64,000 nt of DNA from Thermoanaerobaculia bacterium (GCA_963664405.1 OY761158.1:2976001-3040000); one strand, 5' to 3'. Shown: positions 38,591 through 50,150, counted from the stretch's first letter. A program made the numbers and translations. The notes: generated by a model not told the origin, from the sequence alone.

Positions 38591-40966
38591 ATGACGACAG
38601 CTCTGAAATGGATCGTTCTGGTCGAGGCGGTCGGGCTGCTGGCTTTCTTGTCCACTTGGAAGCTGTTGCGTTGGCTGCCGGACCGGGGTTACTGCGCCAG
38701 TAAGATCCTGGGTAGCCTGCTCCTCGGAACGCTGCTCTGGCTCGGAGCTTCGTGGAGTCTCCTTGGCAACGGCTTGGGTGGGGCGGCATTGGCTCTACTT
38801 GCCTTGGCGCTCTGCGCTGCCATAGGCGCAAAGAAGGCGATCGCGGACGGCATTTTGCGGAGTTGGCTTCGCGACAGCAAGGGGCTCGTGGTGGCGGTTG
38901 AGGTGGTCTTCCTCCTCGCGTTTGCTGGCTGGTGTCTGGTCCGCTCCTACGACCCAGCGGCGGACCACACCGAGCAGCCCATGGACCTCATGTTCCTGAC
39001 CGCGGTTTCGTCGGCCGAGACGGTTCCGCCCGAGGATCCGTGGCTCTCGGGTCATCCGATCAGCTACTACTACCTTGGCTATTGGCTGATCGCGACTCTC
39101 GGCCACATTACGGGGGTTGTCCCCGAGCTTGCCTACAATCTCGGCCAGGCGACCTGGTTCGGCTTTCTTTTTGCCGCCTGCTTTGGTTTCGGCTACAACC
39201 TCTTCATGTTGCGCAGCGGACGGCGCGAGGCGATGAACCAAGGTGTCGCGGCTGGGGTTCTCAGTGGGGTAGTGGTTGGGATCACCGCCAATCTGGCTCT
39301 ACCCATCGACCTCATTTCTCGTCGCCTAGCCGAGGGGAGCTCACCTCTGCTGGCCGAGAATTGGTGGTGGTGGCGGAGCAGCCGAGTGGTTCACGACACC
39401 GACTTCACGGGTGGTTCGGTCGAGGTTATTACCGAGTTTCCTTTCTTCAGCTATCTGCTCGGCGACAATCATCCTCACCTTCTCTCCATGCCTGTCCTGG
39501 TGTTGGTTGCGACCTTGGCCCTCAACGTCTTTCTCGCCGCGGCGAGGGGAGAGGCCGGCGCCCTCTTGCCTGGCCGAGCGACTCCCTGGCGGCGGCTTTC
39601 GGCGATTTGCGGCGGTACTCCAGGGCTGGTACTCGTGGTTGCCGTAGGAGGCTCGCTGGCGGCGATCAATACTTGGGACGTGCCGACGGGGGTTGCGCTT
39701 CTGGTAGCTGGAGCCTTGGCCGGACTCCTACTTGCCGGCGGCCGCGGCACCCGGTTGGGGTCGGTGCTCCTGACGGTGGCCTTCGCCTCAGTGGTGCTGA
39801 TCGGCGGTGGGTTTCTGTTCCTCCCGTATCATTTGAGCGCCAGCTCTCAGGTCCAGGGGCTGGTGCCGAATCTCTTTCATCCGACTGACATCAGAGAGCT
39901 GACCATCATGTTCGGCACCCTCTTCCCCGGTGTCGTTCTATTGCTGGGCTCGGCTTGGTCCTCCGAGACCAGGGCGCGGCGTGCATTGCTCTGCTGGGCA
40001 GGGATCGTGGTGAGCGGGATCGTCTGGCTGGGGGCCGCAGGCTGGGTCGTGCGGGGCGGTGGCGGTGGCTGGCTCTCCCATCCCGATCTACCGCAACAGA
40101 GCTTGGGGACAGCGCTCGAGCGCTGGAGCGGCGGCTGGGGGTCCTTTCTGGTGGTCTCGATGCTGCTGGCGATAGCTCTGGAGGTTCTCTGGTCCCACTT
40201 GGTGTCCGAAAGTAATGATGCAGAGCGGCCCACTACGACTTTCACCGTGCTTCTTGCGGTACTCGGCCTCGGCCTCGTCCTGGCGCCGGAGTTGCTCTAC
40301 CTCTACGACAGTTTCGGCACTCGGATGAACACTGTTTTCAAGTTCTACTATCAGGCCTGGCTGCTTCTCGGCTGTGTGGCGGTCCAGGGCATCTTGGTAG
40401 CTTGGAGTCGGCGGGGTAAGGCTCGAGGCGGCGCACTCCTTGCCTTGTGTGCGCTCCTCCCCGGATTGGTGTACCCGCTGCCCGCTCTGTGGTCGAAGAC
40501 AGCCGGCTTTAGTGCCGCGCGGCCGACTTTGAATGCGCTCTCCTACCTCGAGGTCTATCGGCCCGAAGAGTGGGAGGCTCTGCGCTGGGTAAAGACGAAC
40601 ACTCGCCCCGATAGTGTCGTCGTGCAACGGTCCGGCGGCAGCTATCGGCCGGAGCACAACCTCGTCAGTATCGCCACCGGTAGGCCCACCCTGCTGGGCT
40701 GGACCGGCCATGAGCTGCAGTGGCGAGGAAGCGCTTATGGCGAGCTAGCGGGGGGCCGCGAGCAGGCCCTTCGCGATATCTACAACCCGGTGTCGTCGGA
40801 GGCCCTTGCCGAGGTCGTTCGTAGCTGGGGCGTCGACTTCGTCTACCTCGGCCCAGAAGAACGTTCGATGTATGAAGTGTCGCCGGCCCACGAAGACCTC
40901 CTCTACCGGGGGATGGAGCTCTCTTTCGACAACGGTACGGTACGGATCTTTCGTCGTAGAGGATGA
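38591..40966 (+). CDS. DUF2298 / Chlor_Arch_YYY membrane protein (predicted GT-C glycosyltransferase)
   Basis: EQPMDLMFL, PPEDPWLSG…SYYYLGY, ITEFPFFSYLLGDNHPH, NTWD, RMNTVFKFYYQAW, TGRPTLLGWTGHELQWRG, YLGPEER. Confidence 0.9.
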   Translation: MTTALKWIVLVEAVGLLAFLSTWKLLRWLPDRGYCASKILGSLLLGTLLWLGASWSLLGNGLGGAALALLALALCAAIGAKKAIADGILRSWLRDSKGLVVAVEVVFLLAFAGWCLVRSYDPAADHTEQPMDLMFLTAVSSAETVPPEDPWLSGHPISYYYLGYWLIATLGHITGVVPELAYNLGQATWFGFLFAACFGFGYNLFMLRSGRREAMNQGVAAGVLSGVVVGITANLALPIDLISRRLAEGSSPLLAENWWWWRSSRVVHDTDFTGGSVEVITEFPFFSYLLGDNHPHLLSMPVLVLVATLALNVFLAAARGEAGALLPGRATPWRRLSAICGGTPGLVLVVAVGGSLAAINTWDVPTGVALLVAGALAGLLLAGGRGTRLGSVLLTVAFASVVLIGGGFLFLPYHLSASSQVQGLVPNLFHPTDIRELTIMFGTLFPGVVLLLGSAWSSETRARRALLCWAGIVVSGIVWLGAAGWVVRGGGGGWLSHPDLPQQSLGTALERWSGGWGSFLVVSMLLAIALEVLWSHLVSESNDAERPTTTFTVLLAVLGLGLVLAPELLYLYDSFGTRMNTVFKFYYQAWLLLGCVAVQGILVAWSRRGKARGGALLALCALLPGLVYPLPALWSKTAGFSAARPTLNALSYLEVYRPEEWEALRWVKTNTRPDSVVVQRSGGSYRPEHNLVSIATGRPTLLGWTGHELQWRGSAYGELAGGREQALRDIYNPVSSEALAEVVRSWGVDFVYLGPEERSMYEVSPAHEDLLYRGMELSFDNGTVRIFRRRG

Positions 40967-42510
40967 CTCCATCGATGGTAGGACCTTCACGCAGTCTGAA
41001 AGAGCCGATAGAAGGCGACTTCATCGCGGTCGCCTGCATGGTCTCCGCCGTGCTCCTCGCCCTGGCCCTCAGGATCCCCGGTCTCGGCGCCGAGCCGCTG
41101 GCCTATCGCGAGGCGCTCGGCGCGTTGGCGGCTCGCGAGATTGCCGGGGAGGGCGTCGGGCCTTCTCTGGCGGGGGGTCTCGCCGACAGCGCGCTGCTGA
41201 CAACTCTGCAGCAACTCACCTTTTTCCTTTTCGGTGCGAGTAGCGACCTGTTGGCTCGCATGGTGACCGCGCTCGTCGGTAGTGGGCTCGTGCTCGTGCC
41301 GTGGCTGCTCCGCTCTCGAATCGGGACGCCGACGACGGTTGCTCTGTCCTTCCTTTTGGCCACCGATCCGTGGCTTGTCTACTTCTCGCGTCAGGCGGAG
41401 GGCTCGGTGCTGGCGGCGGCCGCGGCGATCGTTTGCTTTGCCCTGGGTGCTCGCTGGGCCTCCGGGCCCCTGGCCGCTCCTGATGCGCCAAGATCCGTGG
41501 TTACCGGGCTTGCTATCGGAGTGCTGTTGGTGAGCGGGAGAAGCGGCTGGGATTTTCTGCCTCCTGTGCTTGCCGGGTTTGCTCTTTTGCACCCGGCATC
41601 GGCCTCGCGGGCGGGAGGCGGCCTGTCGTGGCGCCGGATCGGAGGCGCAGCGGCGGCACTGGCCTTGGTCGCGGCGACGAGCGGCCTCACCCAATGGCGG
41701 GGTCCGTCGCAAGTCTCTGCGAGCCTCGGAGACTGGTTGCGTCAATGGAGTGCCGGGCTCGAGAGCGTGCCGCTTGGTGAGCTCGGCCTCCTCTTCGGTC
41801 GTTACCAGCTCGTGGCTCTTGGGGTCGGAGTGCTCGGAATCCTCGCCATGGCCCGGGCCGCGCGAGCCTCGAGCCCGAGCGCCCGAGTGTCCGCGTGGTC
41901 GCGTGACCAGTTGGTGATCTGGGTGCTCTGGGGGACGGCGCTGGTACTGCGCCCAGGGCGAAGCCTGGCGGGGCTTCTCGCGCTGCAGATTCCGCTCCTG
42001 ATCCTGGCGGCCCATGGCGTCGGGTGGCTCTTCGAGGCTCATCGGCGGCTTCCGCGCGGGGTCGGTGGGCTTGCGAGGGTGGCTCCTGTGCTCTTGGTCG
42101 CAGTTTCGCTGTACGGATCGCTGCGATTGCAGCGCTCGGTGTGGAGTGATCCGCCTACGGCGCTGCGTGGGGGCCGTACTCTCGAGGATGTTCGTCGGAT
42201 GGCGTCCGACGTCTCGGTGCTCCTTGGCCTGCCGCGAGAGTCACGCCCCATCTTTCAGGCCGCAGCTCCACTTCAGGCCGATCCGGTGCTGGCCTGGTAT
42301 CTGCGTGACCTCGAAGAGGTGCAGTGGGTGGCGCTGCCATCGCTGACACCGCCAACGAGCGCGGGTCTCTTAGTGGCGACCATCGAGGCCTCGAACCTCG
42401 GCGCCGAGCCCCCCAGTTTGGGCTCGGAACAGTATCCGCTTCGCTACCGCCAAAGTGAGCTCGAGGTAGTGCGCCTTCGCCGCGTCTCTGTTGGGTACTC
42501 AGACCCCTGA
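40963..42510 (+). CDS. Polytopic membrane protein, divergent PMT/TIGR03663-like
   Basis: LALRIPGLGAEPLAYREA, FLFGASSDLLARM, DPWLVYFSRQ and LAWYLRD parallel the motifs of the downstream TIGR03663 gene. Confidence 0.65.
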   Translation: MTPSMVGPSRSLKEPIEGDFIAVACMVSAVLLALALRIPGLGAEPLAYREALGALAAREIAGEGVGPSLAGGLADSALLTTLQQLTFFLFGASSDLLARMVTALVGSGLVLVPWLLRSRIGTPTTVALSFLLATDPWLVYFSRQAEGSVLAAAAAIVCFALGARWASGPLAAPDAPRSVVTGLAIGVLLVSGRSGWDFLPPVLAGFALLHPASASRAGGGLSWRRIGGAAAALALVAATSGLTQWRGPSQVSASLGDWLRQWSAGLESVPLGELGLLFGRYQLVALGVGVLGILAMARAARASSPSARVSAWSRDQLVIWVLWGTALVLRPGRSLAGLLALQIPLLILAAHGVGWLFEAHRRLPRGVGGLARVAPVLLVAVSLYGSLRLQRSVWSDPPTALRGGRTLEDVRRMASDVSVLLGLPRESRPIFQAAAPLQADPVLAWYLRDLEEVQWVALPSLTPPTSAGLLVATIEASNLGAEPPSLGSEQYPLRYRQSELEVVRLRRVSVGYSDP

Positions 42511-43130
42511 TCTAGCTCGATTGAACGCCTATACTACGCCAGGGCGATGAAGAGGGAAGCCACTTGCTAAACACTCCAAGTTCACTTTCGGGCTCCGTCC
42601 AGGACGGTTCATCGATGCGCGAGAAGGTGTTGTGGCTAGTGCTGCTTGCCGTGGCTTGCGGGTCGCGGCTGTGGGATCTCGGTGCTCGAGTGATGACTCA
42701 CGACGAGAGCCTCCATGCCTTCTACTCCCTCGAGCTGCTGCGCCGTGGTCAGTACATTCATGACCCCACCTACCACGGTCCGCTGCTCTATCACTTGAAT
42801 AGTCTCGCCTTCTTCCTCTTCGGCGTAACCGATGCGACAGCTCGGCTGGTGCCGGTGTTGATGGGGCTCGGGCTCATCGGCGTTCTATGGTTCTATCGTT
42901 CTTGGCTGGGGAGTCGCGGCGCCCTCTTCGCCGCAGCGCTGTGTACGATCAGCCCGACTCTGCTCTTTTACAGCCGCCACGCCCGCAACGACATCTACAT
43001 CGCCTTCTTTGCCCTACTCTGGATCCTCGGGGCATTTCGCTATCTCGAGGACCGTCGGCGTCGATGGCTTTATTTGCTGACGGTAGGGATGGCGCTCTCG
43101 TTCATCACCAAAGAGGTGAGCTTCATCTTA

Positions 43131-45135
43131 GGGTCGGCGCGGAAATAAGTTTCCAGTATCTGGGGTGACCATACCACTGCCCCCTTCTTCAGCCACCGCA
43201 TAATCCTCCGGTACGCGCCTTGTTTGCAAGGTTTAGAGCTAGCATAGCCCTGCCCGCATTTGGTATAGTTTCCCCTGTCACCTCTTTTGGAAGGGGAACT
43301 ATACCAAATGGTACGAGCCGAAGATCGTGATGCAACAGTGCGCGAGCTCTTGATGAGCGAACAGATGGCCACCATGGATGAGCTCAAGGACGCCATGGGA
43401 ACCCGAGCCACCATGACGGTCTACCGTTCGCTGTCTCGATTGGGCTATTTGGCCAGCTACTCGGATCGAGGGCGGTTCTATACCTTGAACGAGATTCCCG
43501 ATTTCGACGATCTGGGTTTGTGGTCGTGCGGTTCGGCGAGGTTCAGTCGGCATGGCAGCCTCCTCGAAACTGCGGTGGCTGCCGTGGACCGGTCCGCTGC
43601 CGGCTATACGGCTTCTGAACTCGAGCTCCTGCTGCAGGTCGAGGTCAAGCACGCGATGTTGCACCTCGTTCGTCGCAAGAGAATCGTACGATCCAGAGTT
43701 GGGAAGAGGTTCGTATACTTGTGCTCGGAAACAGGGCGCCGTCGTCAGCAGAAGCTGATGCGCAACGAACGGCAGGCTCTCCAGGATGTAGCTGCCAGCC
43801 TCGTTCCAGAAGTGCTCCCCGAGGAGCTCAGGGCTGCCATCGTTTTATTCTTCAGCCTGCTAGACGAACGCCAGCGGCGGCTCTTCGCTGGCCTGGAAGC
43901 GACCAAGCTCGGGCATGGCGGCGACCGGAAGATCGCCGATCTTCTGGACCTGGACCCTCATACAGTCGCAAAAGGACGTCGCGAGCTCTTCGGCGGCTCC
44001 GTGGAGCGCGGAAGAGTTCGAAGAGCAGGCGGTGGCAACCAACGAGTGGAAAAAAAACGCCCGAGATAGTCGATGGAATCCATTCCATACTCGAGGCCGA
44101 TATAGCTGGTGATCCCATGTCATCAAAAAGATGGACGCACGAGACCGCTGCAAAGGTGGCCCAATGCCTTGCCGAACGCCTTGACATCATCGTATCGGCT
44201 ACGGTGGTGCGTCGATTGCTCGCAGACCTGAACTATTCCCTCAAGAGCAATAGGAAATGTCTGTCTTCGGGGAACTCCCCAGATCGTGATGCACAGTTCA
44301 AGGCCATCAAGCGACTGCGCGAGGATTTCACAAGCGCTGGCGACCCGATCATCAGCGTCGATACGAAGAAGAAGGAGCTGATCGGTCGGTTCAAGAACCA
44401 GGGACAGACATGGTGCCGCGAGGCCAAGCGGGTCAAGGATCACGACTTCCGGTCCGAAGCTCTCGCCATCGCCTCCCCCTATGGGATCTACGATCTTCAG
44501 AGGAACTTCGGCGTTCTCGTCCTCGGACAGTCGTCGGACACGCCGGAGTTCGCTGTCAACAGCATCGCGACCTGGTGGCTCAAATACGGTCGATCTCACT
44601 ATCCGGCGTCTCAGCGTCTCCTCATTCTTGCCGACAGCGGCGCAAGCAACGGCGCACGGCTTCGAGCCTGGAAGAAGTACCTCCAGGAGAAGCTCGTAGA
44701 CAAGTGCGGCCTCATCATCACCGTCGCCCACTATCCAACTGGCACCAGTAAATGGAATCCCATCGAGCACAGGATGTTCAGCGAGATCAGCAAGAACTGG
44801 GCCGGAGTTCCTCTCGAGAGTTTCGAGATCCTCGTCAACCTCGTCCGCAACACGACGACATCCACCGGACTGCGCGTCGAGCCGTGCCGTGATCAACGCC
44901 AATACCAGAAAGGAGTCAGGGTATCGGACAAGGAAATGCTGCAGCTCGCGGTGGCCAGGAGCGACTTCCTAGGAAAGTGGAACTACACCCTCTCGCCGAG
45001 ACCGCGAACCGAGCAGGAAGAGCTTGCCCCACAGCCTGGGCTCAGCTCACCACCACCTCCAATGCAGCGACCGCCCTGTGGCGCCTCGGCCTCACACGCT
45101 CCGGCGATAATGTGAAGTTATTTCCGCGCCGACCC
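43131..45135 (+). mobile_element. ISAzo13-family insertion sequence, 2005 bp
   Basis: Perfect 18-bp IR GGGTCGGCGCGGAAATAA / TTATTTCCGCGCCGACCC; 3-bp TTA target duplication (43128-43130, 45136-45138). Confidence 0.93.
43308..45115 (+). CDS. ISAzo13 transposase, two ORFs joined by a -1 shift at an A8 run (44050-44057)
   Basis: ORF1 LDERQRRLFAG…RVRRAGGG; ORF2 GDPMS, DRDAQF, ISVDTKKKELIG, DHDF, ADSGASNG, HYPTGTSKWNPIEHRMF, WNYTL. Confidence 0.88.
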
Positions 45136-47824
45136 TTAGGGGCCACCATCGGCTCGTTCTTCGCCCTGCTGGCGCTGTCGCGGAGGGGCTCCGACGGCGG
45201 CGCTCGCTCACGAGCAGCCGGTGACATAGCCGTCCTTCTCCTCACCCTGGTCCTGCCTTTCACTGCCGGCTTCGGCTACGTCGCGCTGGGATGGAGTGTT
45301 CGAGATCCCCACACTTCGGCGGTCACCGCCCTTCGTGGTTCAGCGATGGTCGCGTCACTCTTTGCCGCCGGAGCGCTTCTTACCTGGCTCTGGGTCCGTT
45401 GGAAAGAACATTACGGCGACTCGGGCGGTTTGCGACTTGGGGGGTGGGTGAAGCTGGCCGCGGCCTTCTGGGGCTTGCAGGTCCTCTTTTTCACCACCCT
45501 CTTCACCAATCTGCGCGGCGGGTTGGTGAGCGGTATCGTCGGCAGCCTTGGCTATTGGCTCACTCAGCAGGAAGTCGCCCGAGGAAGCCAGCCTTGGTTC
45601 TACTACCTGATGATGGGCTCTCTGTACGAGTTTCTTCCTGCACTCGTCGCTCTGGCCGCGCTGCCGGTTGTCTTGCGGCGGGCAGCTCGACCCGGCTGGG
45701 AAGCGGTAGCGCGTGGGGACCTTCCCTCTGGCTCCAGAGTTGACGAAGAGGGGGCTTCAGGTCTGCGCCGAGACTTCATTCTCTTTCTTCTGTGGTGGAT
45801 CCTGGTAAGTCTTGCCGCCTACACGGTGGCGGGCGAGAAGATGCCCTGGCTGCTGACGCACATCACGCTTCCGATCTGCCTGCTGGCCGGTTGGAGTTGT
45901 GCCTGGCTGTGGGCGAGCACAGCACCGGTGCGCGGAAGGAACGGGTTGATTCTGGTCAGTAGCGGCCTTCTTCTCCCGGTGCTTGCGATGGCAGTGTTTT
46001 CCGGCGGGGCGTCGTCCGACGTCGCGGTCGAGGCGAGCGCCGAGACCCTCGAGCTGATCCTCCGCCTCGGCGTTTTGGTGGGCGTGGTGGTGTTGGCGTT
46101 GCGAGCAGCTTGGCGAGTGGGACTACCGCAGGCCGGCAGGCTCCTCTGCTGCGGACTCGTTGTCTTGCTCGGCGTGCTCACTGTCCGGACCAGCCTACGC
46201 CTGGCTTACTCCAACTACGACCAGCCCACCGAGCTCATCTCTTACGCCCAGGGTGCGCCCGATGTGAAGGAGGCGATGCGGGAGATCGAGCTCCTCAGCA
46301 AGCGCAGTGTCGGGGACCATGATCTTGTGGTCGCTTACGACGATCAGAGCTCGTGGCCGTTCGTTTGGTACCTCAGGGACTATCCCAAGAGTCGCACTTG
46401 GGCGACCAACGCCCAGTTTGCGGAGGGGGCGGCGGTGATACTCGTCGGGCCGAAGAACCGAGACGAGCTCTGGTCTCGGGTTGCCCAGGGGTACGTCAAG
46501 CGGCAGTATCGCTTGATCTGGTGGCCTCGCCAGGACTACGTGGGAGCAACCCTGGCCACTGCGTGGAATGTGCTGAAAGATCGGGAGGCGCGCCGCCGCA
46601 TTTGGCGTATCTTCATGCACCGAGACTATGGCGATGTCGATATGGTGAGGTGGGACCCTCGGCAGGAGTTCGACATGTACGTGCGAGAGGATCTTGTCGG
46701 CCTGGGGTACGCCGGGGGCCTCGGTCTCGGTGGTGGCGCCGATGCCCCGGCTGCGTCCTCTGTGAGCCAGCTTTCGATGACTCCCTTGCAAGTGATCTCC
46801 GGTCCCTTCGAGGATCGCGAGCTCGTGGCTCCGACCGATGTGGCGAGCGCGCCGGACGGAAGCCGCATTGTTGCCGATGCCGGCAACCATCGGATTCTTG
46901 TTCTGGCGCCTGACGGCAGCTTCCGCCGAGCGTTCGGGTCCCGCTGTGCGCTGCTGGACGACGGCGCGCCGGGGTGCTTCGACTCAGACGGAGGAGGGCC
47001 TCTCGAGGTAGGAGACGGCCAGTTCAACGAGCCCTGGGGCGTCGGCGTGGGTGAGTCGGGGAGTATCTACGTCGCCGATACCTGGAACCACCGTGTCCAG
47101 GCCTTCGACAGCGCAGGGCGCTTCCGGGCCAAGTGGGGCGACTTCGGAAACCCCTCTCCGGACTCCGAAGCTGAGCCCCTTTTCTACGGGCCGCGTGGCG
47201 TCAGCCTCGATCCTGCCGGCAACATCGTTGTTTCCGACACCGGCAACAAGCGTCTCTTGGTCTTCACCGAGGAAGGATCTCTTACGCGCGCTCTGGGTCG
47301 CGGTGGCCCCGGATTCGACAGCTTCGACGAGCCGGTGGGCGTTGCCTTGGACAGTAACGGCACCTTCCTGGTGGCGGACACCTGGAATCAGCGGGTGAAG
47401 AGAATAGACAGTCGGTTCGCTACCCTTGCGGCCTGGCGGGTGCCGGTCTCAGACAGTCGAGAGGTCGCGGACAAGGCATTCATCGCCGTCGACCCTTACG
47501 GTTATATCTACCTCGGCGATCCGGCAGCCGGTCGCGTCTTGATCCTTAGCCCCGGTGGGCAGTTGCGGGCGAGCTTCGTCTTGCCGGAAACGGACGCTGG
47601 TCCCCCACGCCCGACTGGCATGGCGGTGGATGCCGCTTCCAACCAGCTTTTGGTCGTCGACAATGCCGGCAACCGGGTCCTCGTCTACCCCCTCTACGAC
47701 GAAGACTCCGAGGCTGGGGTCTCGCAGTAGGCCGCGTAGGCGTTGCTGGGGCCACCCACGGAGCGCCCCCTCTCCCCTTCACGCCTCTGCTCGACTCGGC
47801 AGGCTGCACCCAGGATCTACGTGT

Positions 47825-47875
47825 CTAGACCAGCGTTTCCAAAGTTCGCGCACACATCTCGGCCCCTCCTGCCGC
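47825..47875 (+). repeat. Isolated left end of the 16759 MITE
   Basis: CTAGACCAGCGTTTCCAAAGTTCGCGCACACATCTCGGCCCC, one mismatch versus 16759-16800. No right IR nearby. Confidence 0.85.
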
Positions 47876-47912
47876 ACCCCGCTCCCCTCCGGCCCCTTCG
47901 CGACAGAGTCAC

Positions 47913-49316
47913 CTACGCCGAGCGGAGGAAGGCGCCGCCGTTGACGTAGTCGGAGCGGTTGATCGTCGGCTCGTCGCCTTCGCCGACGAGGCGGTCGACC
48001 ACCTCGACGCCCTGCATGAAGCTGTGATCCTGGTTCGAGACCTCGTACTTCCAGGCGCCGAAGCGGCCTCTGGAATAAACGTCTCTCTGCTCCAGCCAGG
48101 GGATGAGCCGGTCGAGGACCTCTGTACGTCCGAGAAAGGGCGTGGGGTAGCCATGCTCTTCGCGATGGTGCCAGAAACTGACGACCTCGGTGGGCTCCTC
48201 GAAGAGCCCATCGCGACGCATCGCTTCGATCGTCCACCGCTCGAGGTCGCTCGCGTCGACGGGCTTGTGACTCGACTCACAGACCTCCGCCATCAGCGAC
48301 CAATAGCCGTCTCCCTGCGGGGCGTTATTGGGTGAGTAATTGGTAAAGACAGTCACCCGATAATAGGGACTGTGATCCTCGGGAAAATACATCCAGCACT
48401 TCTTCGCGAGGGTGTCGGGCTTGGGGCCTTTGAGCCCAACACCCAAGATATGGACCGAGCTGTGGGTGAGAGCCTTGGCGGTCGAGTCCAGCTCCGGCTC
48501 GCGGCCGTCGCACATCTGCCAAAGAGTGTCGAGGGGCAGAGTCGTGATGAGCTTGTCCCAGGGTAATTGCTCGCCACTCGCCAGCTTCAAAGTGCGAGCG
48601 TCGAGGTCCACGCTCTCGACCCAGGCTCCGTAACGCTGGCGATTTTCGGGAAGCAGACCGGCAACCGAAGTCCAGATAGCTCCGGTACCTCCGTGGAGCG
48701 GAAAGCGGAGGCGATTGTTCGGCCCCCAGGAGACGTCGTCGCTCATCTCTTCGATGTTGCGCTCTACCCGTTCGACGTCGGGGACCGCCACTCTTTCGCC
48801 CATCCAATCGACTCCCATGCTCTCGAGGGGGTGACCCCATACCTTGAAGTTGTAGGGAAAGAGGAAGGAGTCAGCGATTCCGGTGCCGAAAGTTTGCAGA
48901 ATCCACTGTCGGAAGTTCTCCGGCCTTGCTTTGCTGGTAGTCGCTGCAGCCTGTCGCAGACCGTCGAGACCACGGTCTCGCTCGTCGGCCGGCAGACGGT
49001 GGATGTTGTTTTGGAAGGGATAGGGGACCCAGCGCTCGCGAATCCACACCCACGATTCTCGTTCGTGCTCGAGCCAGCCGCCGGTGACAGCCTGGTCGAG
49101 AACGTCGTCGTAGTAGGAATAGTGTGAGAACTGAACATGTCCGCCCACGTCCCAAGTGAAGCCGGCCTCGTCGACGAAGCTGGTGGCCAATCCGCCAGGG
49201 CCGCCTCGCCCTTCCACGACCAGATAGTCCTCGAGGCCTAGATCTCGAAGCCGCCAGGCGGCTCCTAGGCCAGTGGGACCCGCTCCAAGAATGAGAATCC
49301 GGCCCGGATCTTTCAC
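47913..49316 (-). CDS. Flavoenzyme resembling eukaryotic-type UDP-galactopyranose mutase
   Basis: GAGPTGLGAA, DVGGHVQFSHY, WVPYPFQNNI, WMGERVA, WGPN…RFP…GGTGAIW, WMYFPE, YRVTVFTNYSP, GYPTP, SRGRFGAWKYEVSNQDHSFMQGVE. Confidence 0.82.
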   Translation of the reverse strand: MKDPGRILILGAGPTGLGAAWRLRDLGLEDYLVVEGRGGPGGLATSFVDEAGFTWDVGGHVQFSHYSYYDDVLDQAVTGGWLEHERESWVWIRERWVPYPFQNNIHRLPADERDRGLDGLRQAAATTSKARPENFRQWILQTFGTGIADSFLFPYNFKVWGHPLESMGVDWMGERVAVPDVERVERNIEEMSDDVSWGPNNRLRFPLHGGTGAIWTSVAGLLPENRQRYGAWVESVDLDARTLKLASGEQLPWDKLITTLPLDTLWQMCDGREPELDSTAKALTHSSVHILGVGLKGPKPDTLAKKCWMYFPEDHSPYYRVTVFTNYSPNNAPQGDGYWSLMAEVCESSHKPVDASDLERWTIEAMRRDGLFEEPTEVVSFWHHREEHGYPTPFLGRTEVLDRLIPWLEQRDVYSRGRFGAWKYEVSNQDHSFMQGVEVVDRLVGEGDEPTINRSDYVNGGAFLRSA

Positions 49317-50036
49317 CGACTGCGCTTTCGAGAGAAGGCGACACCTATCGTTTGCGCTAGCGAGCGCGCCGCGGGGCGAAGGATGTTGAAGCTCACCAGC
49401 GACCCTCCTCCATGGCGTCGGCCAAGGAAAGCGACGGGGGTCTCGTAGATGCGAAGACCCGCCTTCGCGGCCAGGCCCGAGAGGATGACGTTTGGAGCGA
49501 AGAGGTCGTCGGAGAGGCCGGCGAGCAGAGGGCTCAGGGCGTCGGAACGCATCAGGCGGAAGGGTGTGTTGACATCGCTCACTCCGCGGGCGAAGAGCAG
49601 CCACACGCTGAGTCTGGAGACTCTCGTCACCAGCCACCGTGCTGGTGAGGATTGACGGCCCGCCCTGATGCCGAAGAGAAAATCGTAGTCGTCTCTTTGC
49701 TTCCACAGTTCGGCAAAGCCGCCAACATCCATCTCCCCGTCGCTGTCGGTCTGGAAGACCCAGGGAGCCGACGCCTCGCGGTAGCCGCGAAGAATCGTGG
49801 GGCCGTGGCCCCTGTTTTCGTGGCGCGTCACAACCAGTCGTGGGTTTTCTTCAGCAAGGCTCGAGAGAACATCAGGGGTGGCATCCTTGGGAGCCGTCGT
49901 CATAGACGCGGATCTCGTAGTCGATGCCTAGGCGGTCAAGCTCGTCTGTCCACTCCCCGAGTGCTTCTCCAATGGCCGCTGCCTCGTTGTACACGGGCAT
50001 CACCACGGAAAGTGCAGGAGAAGCGGCGGCGGTCAT
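49313..50036 (-). CDS. Glycosyltransferase family 2, polyprenol-P sugar synthase-like (1-nt frameshift near 49890)
   Basis: LSVVMPVYNEA…VYDDGS, then HENRGHG, FQTDSDGE, DVNTPFRL. An extra C lies in GGCTCCCAAG. Confidence 0.85.
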
Positions 50037-50111
50037 GTTTGGAATGGACGACTAAGGCGTGTCGGTAGCGTGGAATGCGTCGAAAGGGGGGCGCAGCACT
50101 GGCAGGACAAG

Positions 50112-50150
50112 AAAAAGGCGCCAGGGGCTCGATACGAGCTCCCTGGCGCC
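50112..50150 (-). terminator. Intrinsic terminator after the IPTL-CTERM gene
   Basis: Minus strand GGCGCCAGGGAGCTCGTATCGAGCCCCTGGCGCC-TTTTT. Confidence 0.8.

Larger units (their letters stand above)
42615..47730 (+). pseudogene. TIGR03663 (Agl23-like, PMT/GT-C) protein with C-terminal NHL beta-propeller, interrupted by an IS
   Basis: HDESLHA, HDPTYHGP, SRHARND, TKE before the IS. QPWFYY, GEKMPW, WPFVWYLRDY and NHL repeats (GQFNEPWGV, YVADTWNHRVQ) after it. Removing 43131-45138 restores VSFILGATIG in frame (about 1035 aa). Confidence 0.9.
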
